This document shows positions 50,101-63,095 of a DNA stretch of 64,000 nucleotides, one piece after another. The translations under genes were made by a program, and so were the position numbers. Under the pieces are notes generated by a model. It did no database searches. It worked only from the letters and a program-made list of their open reading frames with translations, and was not told where the DNA came from. This DNA comes from Vicugna vicugna (Eukaryota). Positions within the stretch are counted from its first letter, which is position 1, and each line of letters starts with the position of its first letter. Location of the stretch: positions 4,131,502-4,195,501 of the forward strand of contig MU058059.1 of NCBI GenBank assembly GCA_013265495.1, written 5' to 3'.

Positions 50101-52619
50101 TTTGGAGCAGCATACTTGAGACATGAGACACAGGAATGTTTTAATTGCATCATTAATCTTCATATCTTAAACGTGGTTTCAGTATATAATAAGAATTAAA
50201 AAGTACCTAAAAGTGTTCATAGAATCTCACTCTAAGAATTACCGTCATAATATGCATAAACAAATCAGCCCTTTATATACATCTGATCAATAGATCTTTA
50301 TCACTTTCTTGATGAGTTATAATTCATTTGGTTAAATTAGAAAACTTTTCTATAAGAGATGTGTTCTCAAGCAATCCTATGATGCATGTTTTTTGATCAA
50401 TGCAATCTTACAATGCCAGTGTATGCCAGACAGTCCTAATGAAAGCTGACAAGTTTCTCAGACTGCGCACCGGCGATGCTCTAAGGGTGCTGCATCTTTT
50501 GGATTCTTGACTGGAGAGTGTGTTCTCTGGAGGAGGTGAGAGATGGTAGGAATCAGTGTGGCAGAGACCGGAGATACACAGAGTGTGGGGGCAGGGCGGT
50601 TATGTGGAGCTCTCCTCTCTCAAGGAGAGGAACAATCTGGAAGCATCTGTAAAAGACTAGTCGCTTCTCTGTCCAAACTATCATATCATTTCTTAGCCAT
50701 AGTTCACAGAGACAGGATCCTCTCTGACAACTTCAACTTACGGAGAATCTGACTGTAGATTTTTCTTTTATAACATGTGTGTGCACATGTGTGCGTGCAT
50801 GTGTGTTACAGAAATACAAAGTATGCAAATACATTAAGTGATGCAATTTGTACAGATGCATGGAGGTGCATGCATTCACTCTCATGATGGTATGTGAGGG
50901 TGTTGCAGCCTGTTTGTAAAATCCAGGCCTCTTAGCACCATGTTGATTTTATTCAAGCACCTACCACCTGCTCCAGAAAACAGACGGAATGTGTCCATCT
51001 CAATGCAAGGCCAAGAGTCCTTCAAAGAAGGCTGAGGAACAGAGCTCTGAGTATTAACCCAGAGAGTATCATTCATTGGTCGGCCGAATGGCAGTTAGAG
51101 CTATTTTGAGATAAAATTTTCCAGGAAGCAATAACCTAAGTTTTAACTTTTTTTCACTGGCTAATGACTGAGAAATAGGAAGCATTTTTTACTCATTTCC
51201 AACCACTCTGCAGCCGCCTCAATCAATACTAATGCAGGATATGGGGAGAGGCTATGCCCGTTTGCCCTTCACTTAAACAGCACTGCCAGCCCTACAGGAA
51301 CAAGAGAAAGCAAGCAGGTTCCATCAGTCCAACCTGGATATGCTTGAATAATGTTTTAAAAAAGGAAGCTAGACAGGAGCTTTATGGGGCCAGAGATGCT
51401 CCTTCTCAGGCACCATCAAGGGCTGGATCCCCAGGAACCGGATTCCCACCCCCTCATCCCGAGCCCACGCAGCACCCCTGCGCACAGCCCTCCCACTCCA
51501 TCTGGACAGAGCTCAGAGGAGCGCTGAGTCTGGCCACAACCCCAGCCACAAGCGGCAGGAAGCTACTGCTGGTAACCCAGCAGGACCAGCTACTGCAGAG
51601 TGTCCGACAAGAGAGGTAGGGAGGGGCTTTCGTTCCCGGGACTCAACACGCATTGTCACACACTTCAGACCAAAGGGGAAACCCATTCAGGTGACGGGGG
51701 GACCGATGTGGTCAAGAGCTGCCTCTTCTGTCCCTCAACTTACATCCTCCGAAAAGAATGTCATTGAAAACAGAACCAAGAAGCAGAAAGAGGCAGTTTC
51801 CTCTGGCCCCAAAGGCTTTCCAATCATGTCCTTGAAAGACAGGCTTGAATTTTCAAAGATTTCACACAAAACATACTGGATGAATAAGATTAAAGCAGTT
51901 GTATTTTGTTAAATTAAATCTTAGGAAAAGAAATCATTTTAATTGGGGAACCAGAAACTGAACTAGATTTATATTGCTTAGAGTTTATAAAAACGTTGCC
52001 CTCACCCAATGTATTTCAGTGATAGTTAATACTGAGAATGAATGTTGAGTTACAGTTTAACTCCGGCCAGGGGATGACAACAGATGAACCCACTTTGTTT
52101 TCTGTTGAAAATTAATGCACTTTGTCTCATGAGACTGGAGAAAGGTTAATAAATAGTGTATTTGTCATTTTGCCCCTTAAAATGCTTGTCTACTGTATGC
52201 CTGATGCCTTCTCGGAACTGAAGGTAAGAGGAGCAAGCTCTCTGAAGCTCACACTCTAAGGAAGAGGCAGGCGTAGTCATGCAAACGTGCTTGAACACAG
52301 AACGGAAAGCAGGACGGAACAGAACATACGCCGTGGAAGCTAACTCAGGACGTTTGGTCATTTCAGCCAAGATCTCGCGTCGCCAACTGCATACTGCTGA
52401 CGTCTTCAGCGTCTTCTTCAGCTAAGGCCCAGGAAAAGTGAATAACTGGAAATGTGTCTCCACTACCAGTACCCTGATAGGACCCATGTCTGTGTCGCCA
52501 AGATGTCTTTTCTGAACCATCGATCCGTCTACACAGTAACCAGCTGCATGTTTCCACTTCCAGCCCCACAGACACATTGATCTTGGTTTCAAACACCAAC
52601 TGACACACACTTTCCCTAC

Positions 52620-53300
52620 CCCGCCTCCTCTCCCTCCCCGACGTCAAATCTGAGCTTCCTCATGTGGTCCTTACACCGGTTCAGTGGTGCCTCTGTCCAC
52701 CCCGTCAGCATCTCTTTCTCCTCCATGCTGAATTAGAAGATAAATCATCTTTCTTGAAGCATCTCTTCTTTTAAAATCCCTGTGCCACCTCCTTCGCTCC
52801 AGTTCTCATCCCTTTTCACCCAGCCGTCTCCTGACCAGTCCTTCTGCCTGAATCGCCCCCATCTGCCATCACTCCCACACACACTCACACAAAAAAGGGG
52901 GCAGTGGCCAGAACGGTCTTTCTTTCCAAAGCATGATTTACTCTGGTTTCTGCCACTCCTTAACCCTCCATGGCTCCTGCCACCCAGAGGCTGCATTCTA
53001 AACTCCTAGAAGTGGCATCCAAAACCTTACGAACACCTGGAACACTTCCCATGCCCCACAGCTGGAGGCGGCCTTCAGGCCTTCTTCGGGGGGTGACTTC
53101 ACTTCATAATTATCTCTATGACAGCGTCATCCTATGTTCCCGCAGGGGTCTGTCTATACGCCCACCACTGAGCTTAGACGAGGAACTCCCCAGGACAAGG
53201 GGCTACAGCTTACCCATCTGGGATTCTCTGGGGCAGGCGCACTTCTTGGGACACAGAATGCCCATAAGTTCAATCAGTTTTCACTGAATACATGAAGGAA
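52620..53300 (+). mobile_element. Degraded L2
   Basis: Pyrimidine-rich L2-like sequence ending in ...cactgaatacatgaaggaa. Confidence 0.5.
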
Positions 53301-55162
53301 GAACATAAACGCTATGAAACTGTCCCAAAACCCTATCTGGCTCAGTCTTCACGACAGCACTTGAGACAGGTAATCGTGGATTGTGAGAACCTGCAGCCAA
53401 ACAAGAATCCACTGCTCTGAACCTCCAGCCTTCATGAAAGTCCCAAAGCAAATAACGAGGGGAAATTCCCATTTGTTCCAACAATGCTCAGCGATGCTTT
53501 TAAAAAGTTAATTTACATAAATTAGAACTCACTGGGTTTTGTGTATAACTTTCCAAGTTCTGACAAATGAACACAGCTGTGCGACCAGCATGTCTGGTCT
53601 GTCACAGACAGTTCCATGACTGCCAACCACACCCAGCATCCTTAAACCACACGCCTTAGTCTCGCCCTAGGAGAAACCAGAAGCCTGCTTTCGTCTAGAA
53701 GCGCATTCACATACTTCAGGCAGCCCAGCATTTAAAATAAGCGCTAAGGCCATAAAAAGGCAGCTGTATTCTTGGAAATAAATTTGGTCATTTTGACTTT
53801 AAAACATAAATAAAAATACCAACACTAGGAGAACTGTATATTCTCGAGTATAAAGTTTACTGGTAGAGTTACTAAAACATAATACATTTTAAAATTACAG
53901 CATGATGGAGAATGTTTGCTGCTTTGACCCAAAGCCAAGAATAAATAATATTTCCAAGAGTAAAATAAATGCCAGTTACCGTTGCCAATAATGTCCATCT
54001 ATAACTGAAGCACAGAAAGAAAACACTGATTTATTTTGTTGACAAAAAATACATACTAATTATTCAGTCTTAGTTGCATTTTGCTAGCATAGTGATTCAA
54101 AATTTAAAGTATAAACTAGTGACTCAGCTGTTTTAAACAGAACATGTGTCTTGTACTGTTGTGCTTTCGAAGTCTTGGTAGTGAAATAGCACACCCTGAT
54201 CAGAAGCCATGGAAAGGGCAAACGATTTCGTAGAGATGTCATCAGAGACTTCACATCCTGCCTGTATTTTAAAGCTTACGATTATCTAAAGGCAGCTTCT
54301 TCGGTACTAATTTAAATTTTGGATGACGTGATTGGATAGAGGGAAACGTCTCACGCCCACGTTCGTTACTGACATGTCAGAAGGTCACACGGACATAACC
54401 CACGGCAGGTAGAGCTGACGTCTGTGTCTGCAACACATCCATCCAGACAGAAAGAAGTCAGTCTTCACGTTTATGACACAGACTCTGCACCTCATGTGGT
54501 CAACACGCAATGCCACCTGTGCTCACCGACACCTGTGGGATGTCCAACTGGCTCAAACGCTCCCACCACCCCCTTTTATTTCATGAACCACCAAGTCCAC
54601 GGAGAAACAGTGACTCACGCAGGGCAGAGAGCCAGAAGATTTTCAGACTCAGGCAGGAGAGCCTGCTTTAGGGCTGCCCTACTGCGACATGCACCTGCCT
54701 TTCTTTTAAGCGAGACGCTCATTCTCTGCACCCCCAGGGAGCTCAGACAGATGACACAGACGGTAAACTCATCACAAAGCACTTCATGTTAACAACACTC
54801 CGTTGTATCCCAGGTACCACGAGACAGCAGAGAAACCACGGGACGGCATCTCCATCACGGGCACTGACTGGTCCCTGGACAACTGCTAACATTTCTAGTT
54901 TCAGAGAATCTCAAATTTATTTTATATAGAGATGCTTTTTAATGCCTGTAAAAGTCCCAAAGTTATCAAGTTGAAGTAAACCAAGTGTTTTATCAGCCTC
55001 GGAATATCTGAGCTCCTGAGGCTCCAAGCTTGATCTGAAAGCAATGCTGTGGCTACTTTTCATCTTTTTACTGAAATGAGAAAATCTTAAAAATGTCAAA
55101 CCAATATAACATGTACTTTAAAGTTACCGTTGCTTTTCTTCAGTGAAATGTTCTAGAATGCA

Positions 55163-55560
55163 CTGATGGATGTTCGGGTTCTTCCCACCTTTTGGCCATT
55201 GCAGATAACGCTGCTGTGAACATTCATGAAAATGCCAAGTGTCTATGTGAACACCCGTCTCTGTTCTTCTGAGTACATACCCAGGAGTGGAACCGCTGGG
55301 TCATGTGGTAGTTCTGTGTTTAACATTTTGAAGAATCACAGAATTGTGCTCCACAGAGGCCGCACCATTTTACATTCCTCCCAGCAGTGTATGAGGGCTC
55401 TGATTTCTCTTATCCTCGCCAACACTTTTAACTGTCTGTCTTTTTTATTATAGCTGTCCTAGTGTGTGTGAGGTGGTACTTCATTGTGGCTTTGATTTGT
55501 GTGACTCTAGTGACTAATAATGTTGGACATTTTTAACGCACTCATTGGCCATTTGTATAC
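55163..55560 (-). mobile_element. L1MB-like fragment
   Basis: acccaggagtggaaccgctgggtcatgtggtagttctgtgtttaac...caccattttacattcctcccagcagtgtatgaggg...cattgtggctttgatttg. Confidence 0.85.
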
Positions 55561-55662
55561 CAGAATGAGCCTGTGAGTGAAGATTTCTTGGACTCCTCTA
55601 GGGGCCCCACGCCTTTGGAGCCTATGAAAAGATACCCTTTAAAAATCTATATATTTATCTAT

Positions 55663-55847
55663 TCATCCATCCATCCATCCATTCAACCAACCATCCAACC
55701 ATCAAACCATCCATCCAACCATCCATCCAACCATCCATCCATCCAACCATCCATCCATCCAACCATCCATCCACCCACCCATCCATCCATCCATCCATCC
55801 AACTATCCATCCATCCATCCACCCATCCATCCATCCATCCATCCATC
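55663..55847. repeat. (CCAT)n/(CCAA)n tetranucleotide microsatellite
   Basis: Directly visible; source of the MDGW/HPSI repeat ORFs. Confidence 0.97.
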
Positions 55848-56229
55848 TGTGCGCGCGGCATTCCAAGAGGACCAGGCTCTTAGATACCGTATAGAAAGAA
55901 AGAAAATAATATATGAATTCTTTGACCTAGGAATTCCACTTTAGGAAATTTATCCTAAGGAAATGAACATAGATTTTCATGAGTAAATGCTCACAATGTT
56001 GAACATCAAAAGTCAAAACCACCCAAGGAAAAACTTGAAACAGTCTCAAAAAATGGAATAGTTATAAAGGCTATACAGAAACATGGGAACATGACACAGG
56101 GATACAGAGTTCTGGTTTCTATCGGTTTCCATCCAGGTGACCCATGTTTGATGCCAACCACAGGGACACCACCACCACTGCGTGGACCACGACTGCAGCT
56201 GACAATAAGTTTCCTGGTCCCTCCAGTCT

Positions 56230-57010
56230 GGCCACTTCCAATCCATTCTTCACACGTGGCCAATGTGCATTTTTCAAAGCACAGGCCTTAACCTCTCTCT
56301 CCTTAGTTTAAAAGTGGTCCAGCCATCCCCACTGCTGATCAGAAAATCCCATAGATCTGAAATAGTCTACATCAGGAACCCTCAATGCTGGTTGCAGATG
56401 AAACCAGCAGGAGCAGCTTTAAACAAATCCTAGTGCCCATGCCTCATCCCAGAGACTCAGTTACAGTTTGGGGTGAAGCAACCTCACAGGTGATTCTACT
56501 GTACACCTGGGGTTGGAACCCATGGGGTCACTGGGCCTTTATGCTCTGGCTCCTGTAACACCATGCTGGCCTTGGTCCCTCCCACCCTCAGCTCTGTGTG
56601 CTGGCCAAACTGTGTTTCTCCTCCAACCCTTCAACCGTGCTGTGATGTCTCTTGCTTCTGAGTCTCCACACCTGCTTGGCCTTTGGTGGGGAATGGTCCT
56701 CCCACTCTCTCAGGCAAGACTACACAGATTCATCTTTCCAGTTTCTGACTCAACACCACCTCCTCCAGGAAGTCCCCCTGGGGGAGGTGTATGACCTGTC
56801 ATGTACATTTCCACTAGTCCTTGTTCGTCAAGGACAGGGCTACGTCTGACTCCACCAGTGGTGGTCACCCTTCTGTCTGCAACCACTCCCCTCACATGGA
56901 CTGTAAAGTCTGTGAGGGAGGACCCCTGATGTCTGCAGGCCACTGGAGGAGCACCCAACAGAGCGCATCTAACCACACAGGGCACACACTTCATCAACAG
57001 GCATCACCTA
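56230..57010 (+). mobile_element. L2 3' region interrupted by a MER5-like element
   Basis: ccacctcctccaggaagtcccc and ctgtaaagtctgtgagggagg are L2 motifs on either side of the MER5-like segment. Confidence 0.55.
56370..56525. mobile_element. MER5-like hAT-Charlie element
   Basis: gcccatgcctcatcccagagactcag...caggtgattctactgtacacctggggttggaaccc. Confidence 0.6.
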
Positions 57011-59029
57011 AATTAAACGTGACAGGGCTGTGGGATTATAGATAACCTGAATTATTTCAGACTACTTTTCTGTGTGGCTGTGGTAGTATTTACTTTTAAA
57101 AAAACATTTTCAGAGTTAACAGTGCAAGATACCCTGATTATTGCTGTTTTAAATATAACATCCTTTCCAATTTTCTCAATTCAGGAAATAAATACAGAAT
57201 AATATTTTCTGAGGAGTACATATGAAAAACGAACAGGAGATTTCAAGGAAAAGATGTTCCTGATTCTGTGAAATTAAGAAGAAGGAAACCTGTGTGCTCC
57301 ATCCTTTTCCATGTGGCTGGCACATCATGGGCACTGTGGTTTTTTATTATCATCGGTGGGCAGTAGGGAAGGGGCCACCAGCCCATGAAAACTTCTGGGA
57401 ACCGGCATCCAGCCTTACCCCACGGAGTTGGCTGTGCTGAATGTTTCATGGCATCAGGTGAAGTTAGCTGGCCAAGGCCACCTGATGAAAGGGACTATCT
57501 TGTCAGCATGGGAACTGATGTTTACCGACCCCAGTGATCGATCTGTGATAACCTGGGTATGACAGTGAGAAATACTCGAGTTCCCGTGGGTCATGCATCT
57601 GATATACCCACTCTCTTAGCCAATGGCTGAATTAAACGCCAAGCTTAAGTGTCTCTGAGCCTCTCCACGGGTTCCCTCTTTGATAAAATAAATCCTTCTG
57701 TTATATATTAGCATTTTCGACAGGTCCCACTGCCCACTCTCTCCCACCCCTTGGTTTTATTCCACGATTTAACCCTCAAAGGGAAACACCATCTTCACCG
57801 TTTCCTAGCTGTAAGAGCAACTTGCCAGACCCCCCTCTCCAACACAAACCAAATCGCGGCTTTCATCCATAAACGGTGACCAAATGTTCCATGTCATTAC
57901 TCAGGCAGTGATGTGTAGAGACCAGAATCTTCAACTCATAGGCCACTCATGTCACTTATTAAAGGCTGCCTTGGTAGACTTAAAAAAAAAAAAAACCTTA
58001 TCCCACTGCACTGCTTCTTAACAATGGTTTTGGGGTCTTCAAGAACGACCGCCCATTTAGAAATCGGACATCATAAACTAAACAACGATGCAAGGTGGGA
58101 AGAGGGGGTGTTTGAAGCCACAATTACCAACACGCAACGTTTAAGACACTTGTCTGCAAGTGAGTTATAACATCTTACAGTAATACCTTCAATATTAATG
58201 TTCTCTATAAGCCCATATCCTGCACTGGGACTCTCAGGAACGACTTAAATGTCTCTAAAAACGGCTATGAGACAAGTAGTCTAGCAAATATACTAGCAAC
58301 TTCTTTGCCAACATTCTACAGCCCTGAAATATATTTTTAATACGTGAAACCATGAGGAATTTTCTAAATCCAAATTTCCGCTTAGGGGAAGAAATGGTCT
58401 TTATTTATGAATCCACAGACCTGAGTCCAAAAATACACGCAAGTTCAATAAGTCTGGAGAAATAGCTGAAGTCGATCATACGCTTAATGCCTTCTGGAGC
58501 GTCATGTCTATTCTCGGCCCACCTTGGCCTCGCCCGTCACGCCCTTGAGCTGTCCCTCCAGGACACCGGGAGCCTGAACACACACCGTCGTCACTTTCTG
58601 CCGTCTGTCCATCGCTCTGAGGTTAAGTTTACTCCCACACCACACACCTGCCTCGGAGCTTTTATGGCAAATAATTGACACTAGAAACGCTGCATCATGA
58701 AACTGAGGTCAGGGAACCTGTCATTTGAGCAAACACAATCGATCCCAAGTCATCTTAAATTTCCTGCCCTGAGACGGGTCCCACGGCAGGGTCGGCGCTG
58801 GGGGGTGGCAGGGAATGGAGGGGCCCGCGGACACTGGCTGGGGTCTCGTTCAGGCGGACGCTTCTCCGCCCCACTGCAAGGCCCCTATCCTCCCTCTTCT
58901 GCCCTCCTCGCTCCGCCTCCCACCAGCTCTGTCTTTCGCTTTTCACTCCTGATATCCCCAAATCCAAAGGGAAACCCGAGTTTCCTTTTGCAAAGGAAAC
59001 CAACACCAGGTAACTTTATTCAATGAATA

Positions 59030-59121
59030 ATTTTTTGAGGGGTCACTGGAGGTAGTGGGGACTGAACCCAGGACCTGTGCATGCTAAGCACATGCTCTAC
59101 CACGGAGCTCCACCCTTCCCC
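59030..59121 (-). mobile_element. Vic-1-like tRNA-derived SINE (camelid)
   Basis: Reverse complement ggggaagggtggagctccgtggtagagcatgtgcttagcatgcacaggtcctgggttcagtccccactacctcc...aaaaaa, with A and B boxes. Confidence 0.85.
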
Positions 59122-59389
59122 ACCCCGATACATGACTTTTAAAGAGAAATAAGAGACTTCAAGTGAATGCACTCTTCTCCTACTTTCTTATGACCTGAAA
59201 AGAGGGGACAGGGTGACAACTCCCACAGCAAGATGCTCAGTGTGCACCCGGGGCTGAGGGGGGATCAGGTCCGGCATGGAGCTGTCCTCACAGACCTCAA
59301 AGGAAAGGATCCAGGGAAAAGAGGTCCCAAAACAAGGGTGTCACCTGATTGCATCTCTGTCACACTTCCACTTCCTTTTCTGCTGCTAT

Positions 59390-59760
59390 TAATTCATTTA
59401 TTCATTCTTCAAACAACTGGGAGTCGGTGTTCTCTACCTGGATGCTCAGGTGACAGAAGTAAATAACACAGGACAGTTCCACCCCCCACTCCACGCAATC
59501 TGGTCCTGGTCTAGCGGAAGAACATGTAGAAGCAGTGACTGTAACTCAGCATGAGAAGTTCAATGACCGATGCTTAAAGCACTTGGGGAGCAGTCCCCCG
59601 GGGCTTCCTGGAGGAGGTGGTCAGTGTCGAAGGAGGGGCCTAGCGAGGGAGCGCGGGATGATGAAAGGAAAGGGGTGGACCAGAAACAGGAAGCCTGTAG
59701 CTGGGAGTGGGAGGCAGAAAGGACAGCCTCGGGGTTGGGGAGGCAGAGAAGCCCACTGAC
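59390..59760 (-). mobile_element. L2 3' region
   Basis: attcatttattcattcttcaaacaa and ggcttcctggaggaggtgg motifs. Confidence 0.6.
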
Positions 59761-60984
59761 CACAGGGCCCGGGAGCTGGCCCTGCCCTCAGAGACCTCAC
59801 CACTGCTCACCTCACCTCACCATTTAAGAAAAATCTAATCAGAACTTAACTCTTCTGTGGCTGCTCAGTTTCTTTATCTGCAAAGGAGTGAAAAACCCCG
59901 GACCTTGCGGACAATGACACAGAACTGAGACATTACACGTAAAAGACGCTGGCTCGTAGGGGCAGTGGTACACTGACACCATCACCGTCACTGACTGGGA
60001 GCAAACTTAGAACCAAAGAGATGTTCTAAAACGAACAGGAAGAAGGCAGGTGTGAATGAAATGAAGACTTACTGGAGGCCTGGGTTCGTGCCAGGAACTG
60101 GGAAACGTTTACCTCCCTGGGGGCTGAGGTTAATGCGCTGAGCAGTGATGAGAGGGCTGGACAGTCAGTGCAACCACAGTCCTGAGTCAGGGGCAGGCGC
60201 ACTCGCCGTAAGAGGCACAGAGACAGGGCTTCACAGGGCGCAGCTCTCCACCACAGGGCCCGCATTCCAGCCGTGGGAAGGGCTGTCGCCAGCACAAGGA
60301 ATGCTGCAGCCCCACGAGGTCTGGCATCGACCCAGCGGCCCGCCTGACCAGACACTGACACTCTCAGCAGGCCGTCCACGCGGGGCCGTGAGCGGCTGAG
60401 TGGACCTCAGGGGCGGGGCTCCGGACGCAACGGAAAACATCGCAGAGGCGGCATCGCAGCGTCTTCAGATCTCTGAAAAGGCTGGACTCGATGAAAAGAG
60501 AGGCTTAGGCCACTCGCGTGCAGTTACAGGAGGGGTGACAACAGGGGAGAACATGCTGACATTCAGGTCATACGGCCCGCTGTGCTGGAGGGCAGGCCGT
60601 GGAGGGCGAGCGTTCAGGGAAGTACGGGGCTGGACCCCACGCCGCAGCCCCGGAGCTGGGCGGAGCGCCTGATGGGGACGTCGCTGAAGGGCAGAACAAA
60701 GTCCTGGAGGAGGGTGGGGGGTCACGACGACCCTGTCACTGACACCCCTCACTGGGGATTTCAACCACACGGCGCAGAGTAAACCCCCAAATAACAGAGT
60801 CAGTGAGAAGCTGAGACAGACCCTCACCCAGGGGTGTGCGGTGCCTCCACTTCACAACTGCCAAGGTTCTCCCGTGTGTCTGTGTGTAATCTGGTTCTGA
60901 GTCACTTCTGCCCCCTCGTAGCTGGGTGCGATCGGAGGCAAGAAATGAGTCTCTTCTAATAATAATGTAAACAGCCACAGCAGT

Positions 60985-61150
60985 CCTGCTGATGCTTACT
61001 GACAGCCTGCTACGAACCAGGCGCGGTTCCAAGCGCACGCGTGTGTCAACTGGCCCTCACAGCCGCCCGGGGAGAAAGTGGCCGTCGTCTTTACAGACAA
61101 GGAAACAGGCACAGGCCTGAGTCCCTTGCACAGTCACCTAAGAGCCTGAG
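60985..61150 (-). mobile_element. MIR
   Basis: ttactgacagcctgctacgaaccaggc...tttacagacaaggaaacaggcacagg...gtcac. Confidence 0.6.
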
Positions 61151-62679
61151 TTCACTCATTTACTGGGCACTATAAACAATCCTCATGAAAAGTATTCCTG
61201 CCATGAAGTGAGATATCCTATTGGAAAAATGCCGTACAAAGGAGACATCTCTCTACGACCATCCCCCCGAGAGGAATCGCGGTACCAGCCAGCACTGGCC
61301 CCCCAGGTTTTTCATCCTGGTGAGTTCCTCTTCCATGAGGTGCCCCCCTCAGTCCGCCCTCCTGCCTGTGTCTTGCGTCGGGCAGTAAAACCTAACTGTA
61401 TTCACCATTCCAAAAGCATGGAGTCATCAAATATCCGGTGGCCAGAGTTTCCTTCCAGCAATACTTCCCACCCAGGCCTCCAGGTCATAAATCAGGCTCG
61501 GACCGGAGGGGCCTCGCCCACCGTGCTGGGCGCCGGGCTCCCCAGGCGGGCACGTGCCTGCATGTGCTGTGGATGGGAAAAGCCACCTGCCTCAACCACC
61601 AGGGGCCGCAGGAAGGAACACGGAAGGCTGATTTCTCTCATTATGGACGGCGTCAGGGGTGTGTGTATGATCCAGATGCCCGGAAGCTACTTTGGTGAAG
61701 AGGACATTACACTGTGGTCCTCACCCCGGCAAAGATCCAGGAGAAAACGCACTACTTGGTGCAGGTCTTTTTAAAATTGTGTTCTGGGGGCAGTTCCTGC
61801 TTTCAGGAAACTAGCAAAGGAGAAGGCACGAGAGGGACCAGAGGAGGCTCTCCCAGACGCCGTCTCCCAGAGCCTCCATGTCCGAGCGCACACAGACGCA
61901 GGCCGCAGAAAGCGACCAGAAAGTGACTTTCAGAGCGAGGTGGGCTGGTCTCCTTGCACACACTTCGTCTCTCATTTCTTAGGTATTAGCCCTTGCCGCC
62001 AAGGACTGCGGCCAATGAAAAATAAACAGAGAGAATCTTCTTAGACCATGGACTTATTTCGAGGAGGATGGACCCACCAGGTGACTCAGCACATCGGGGT
62101 CCGACTCCAACCAGCGTGACTGTGACGAACGAAGCAGGCACGTCGTCTCGGCCAAGTGTGCCCAGAGACGAGGCAGCAGCGGCCAGGAAAACGGAGCCCT
62201 TACTGGAGCCGCTCCTTCTGCACAGCACCCCCCATGCATCGGGGCGGGTCTCCCTGAACCCACGGAAGTTTCAGACCCACTGAGGTTTCAGGCCCTGGGA
62301 CCTTCAGGTTCCAATGACACAAGTGCATCAGGGAATGAACACTGAGCTCTAGAGTGACCTCTGGTCAGAAGCTTCTGCGCTCTGAGGGTGAGACAAGTTG
62401 GAACTTCAGGTGCCCCTCCCTCCAGAGGAGAAAGCAGCTGGTTTCAGGGCTCTGTCCCTCAGGCGAAAACAGATCTAACTATGAATGAAGCAAAGGAAAT
62501 ATGCAATTCATTACAAGGACAAATCTCCAAACAAGAGAAAACTGAAGGGCTAACATCAGACTCTCCTATTTAAGCCCCTTGAAACTACACGAATCCGAAG
62601 TCCTAGGAAGTTAAATGGAGAAAATAATCCTAAACAGATGATAAATCCCCACCTGCTTCACCCTACTCTCAACCCCTCT

Positions 62680-63095
62680 TCTGATGCTCTCCCTCCTTCC
62701 CCTCCTCCGTCCTCACCCTCCCCCCCCTCCTCCGTCCTCTCCCTCCTCCCCCTCCTCACCCTCCTCCCNNNNNNNNNNNNNNNNNNNNNNNNNNNNNNNN
62801 NNNNNNNNNNNNNNNNNNNNNNNNNNNNNNNNNNNNNNNNNNNNNNNNNNNNNNNNNNNNNNNNNNNNNNNNNNNNNNNNNNNNNNNNNNNNNNNNNNNN
62901 NNNNNNNNNNNNNNNNNNNNNNNNNNNNNNNNNNNNNNNNNNNNNNNNNNNNNNNNNNNNNNNNNNNNNNNNNNNNNNNNNNNNNNNNNNNNNNNNNNNN
63001 NNNTCCCCCTCCCCCCCCTCCTCCGTCCTCACCCTCATCCCCCTCCTCACCCTCATCCCCCCTGCTCCATCCTCATCCTCATCTCCATCCCACCC
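62680..63095. repeat. Polypyrimidine (CCT/CCCTC) tandem repeat spanning an assembly gap
   Basis: Units such as ccctcccccccctcctccgtcctc occur on both sides of the N run. Confidence 0.85.
62769..63003. other. Assembly gap (235 N)
   Basis: Run of N characters. Confidence 0.99.

Noticed and set aside
55573..55944. HPSI/MDGW repeat proteins
   Set aside because: Artefacts of the (CCAT)n microsatellite.
59046..59121. tRNA gene
   Set aside because: tRNA-like A/B boxes, but with a SINE-type leader, A-rich tail and disrupted stems; it is a SINE.
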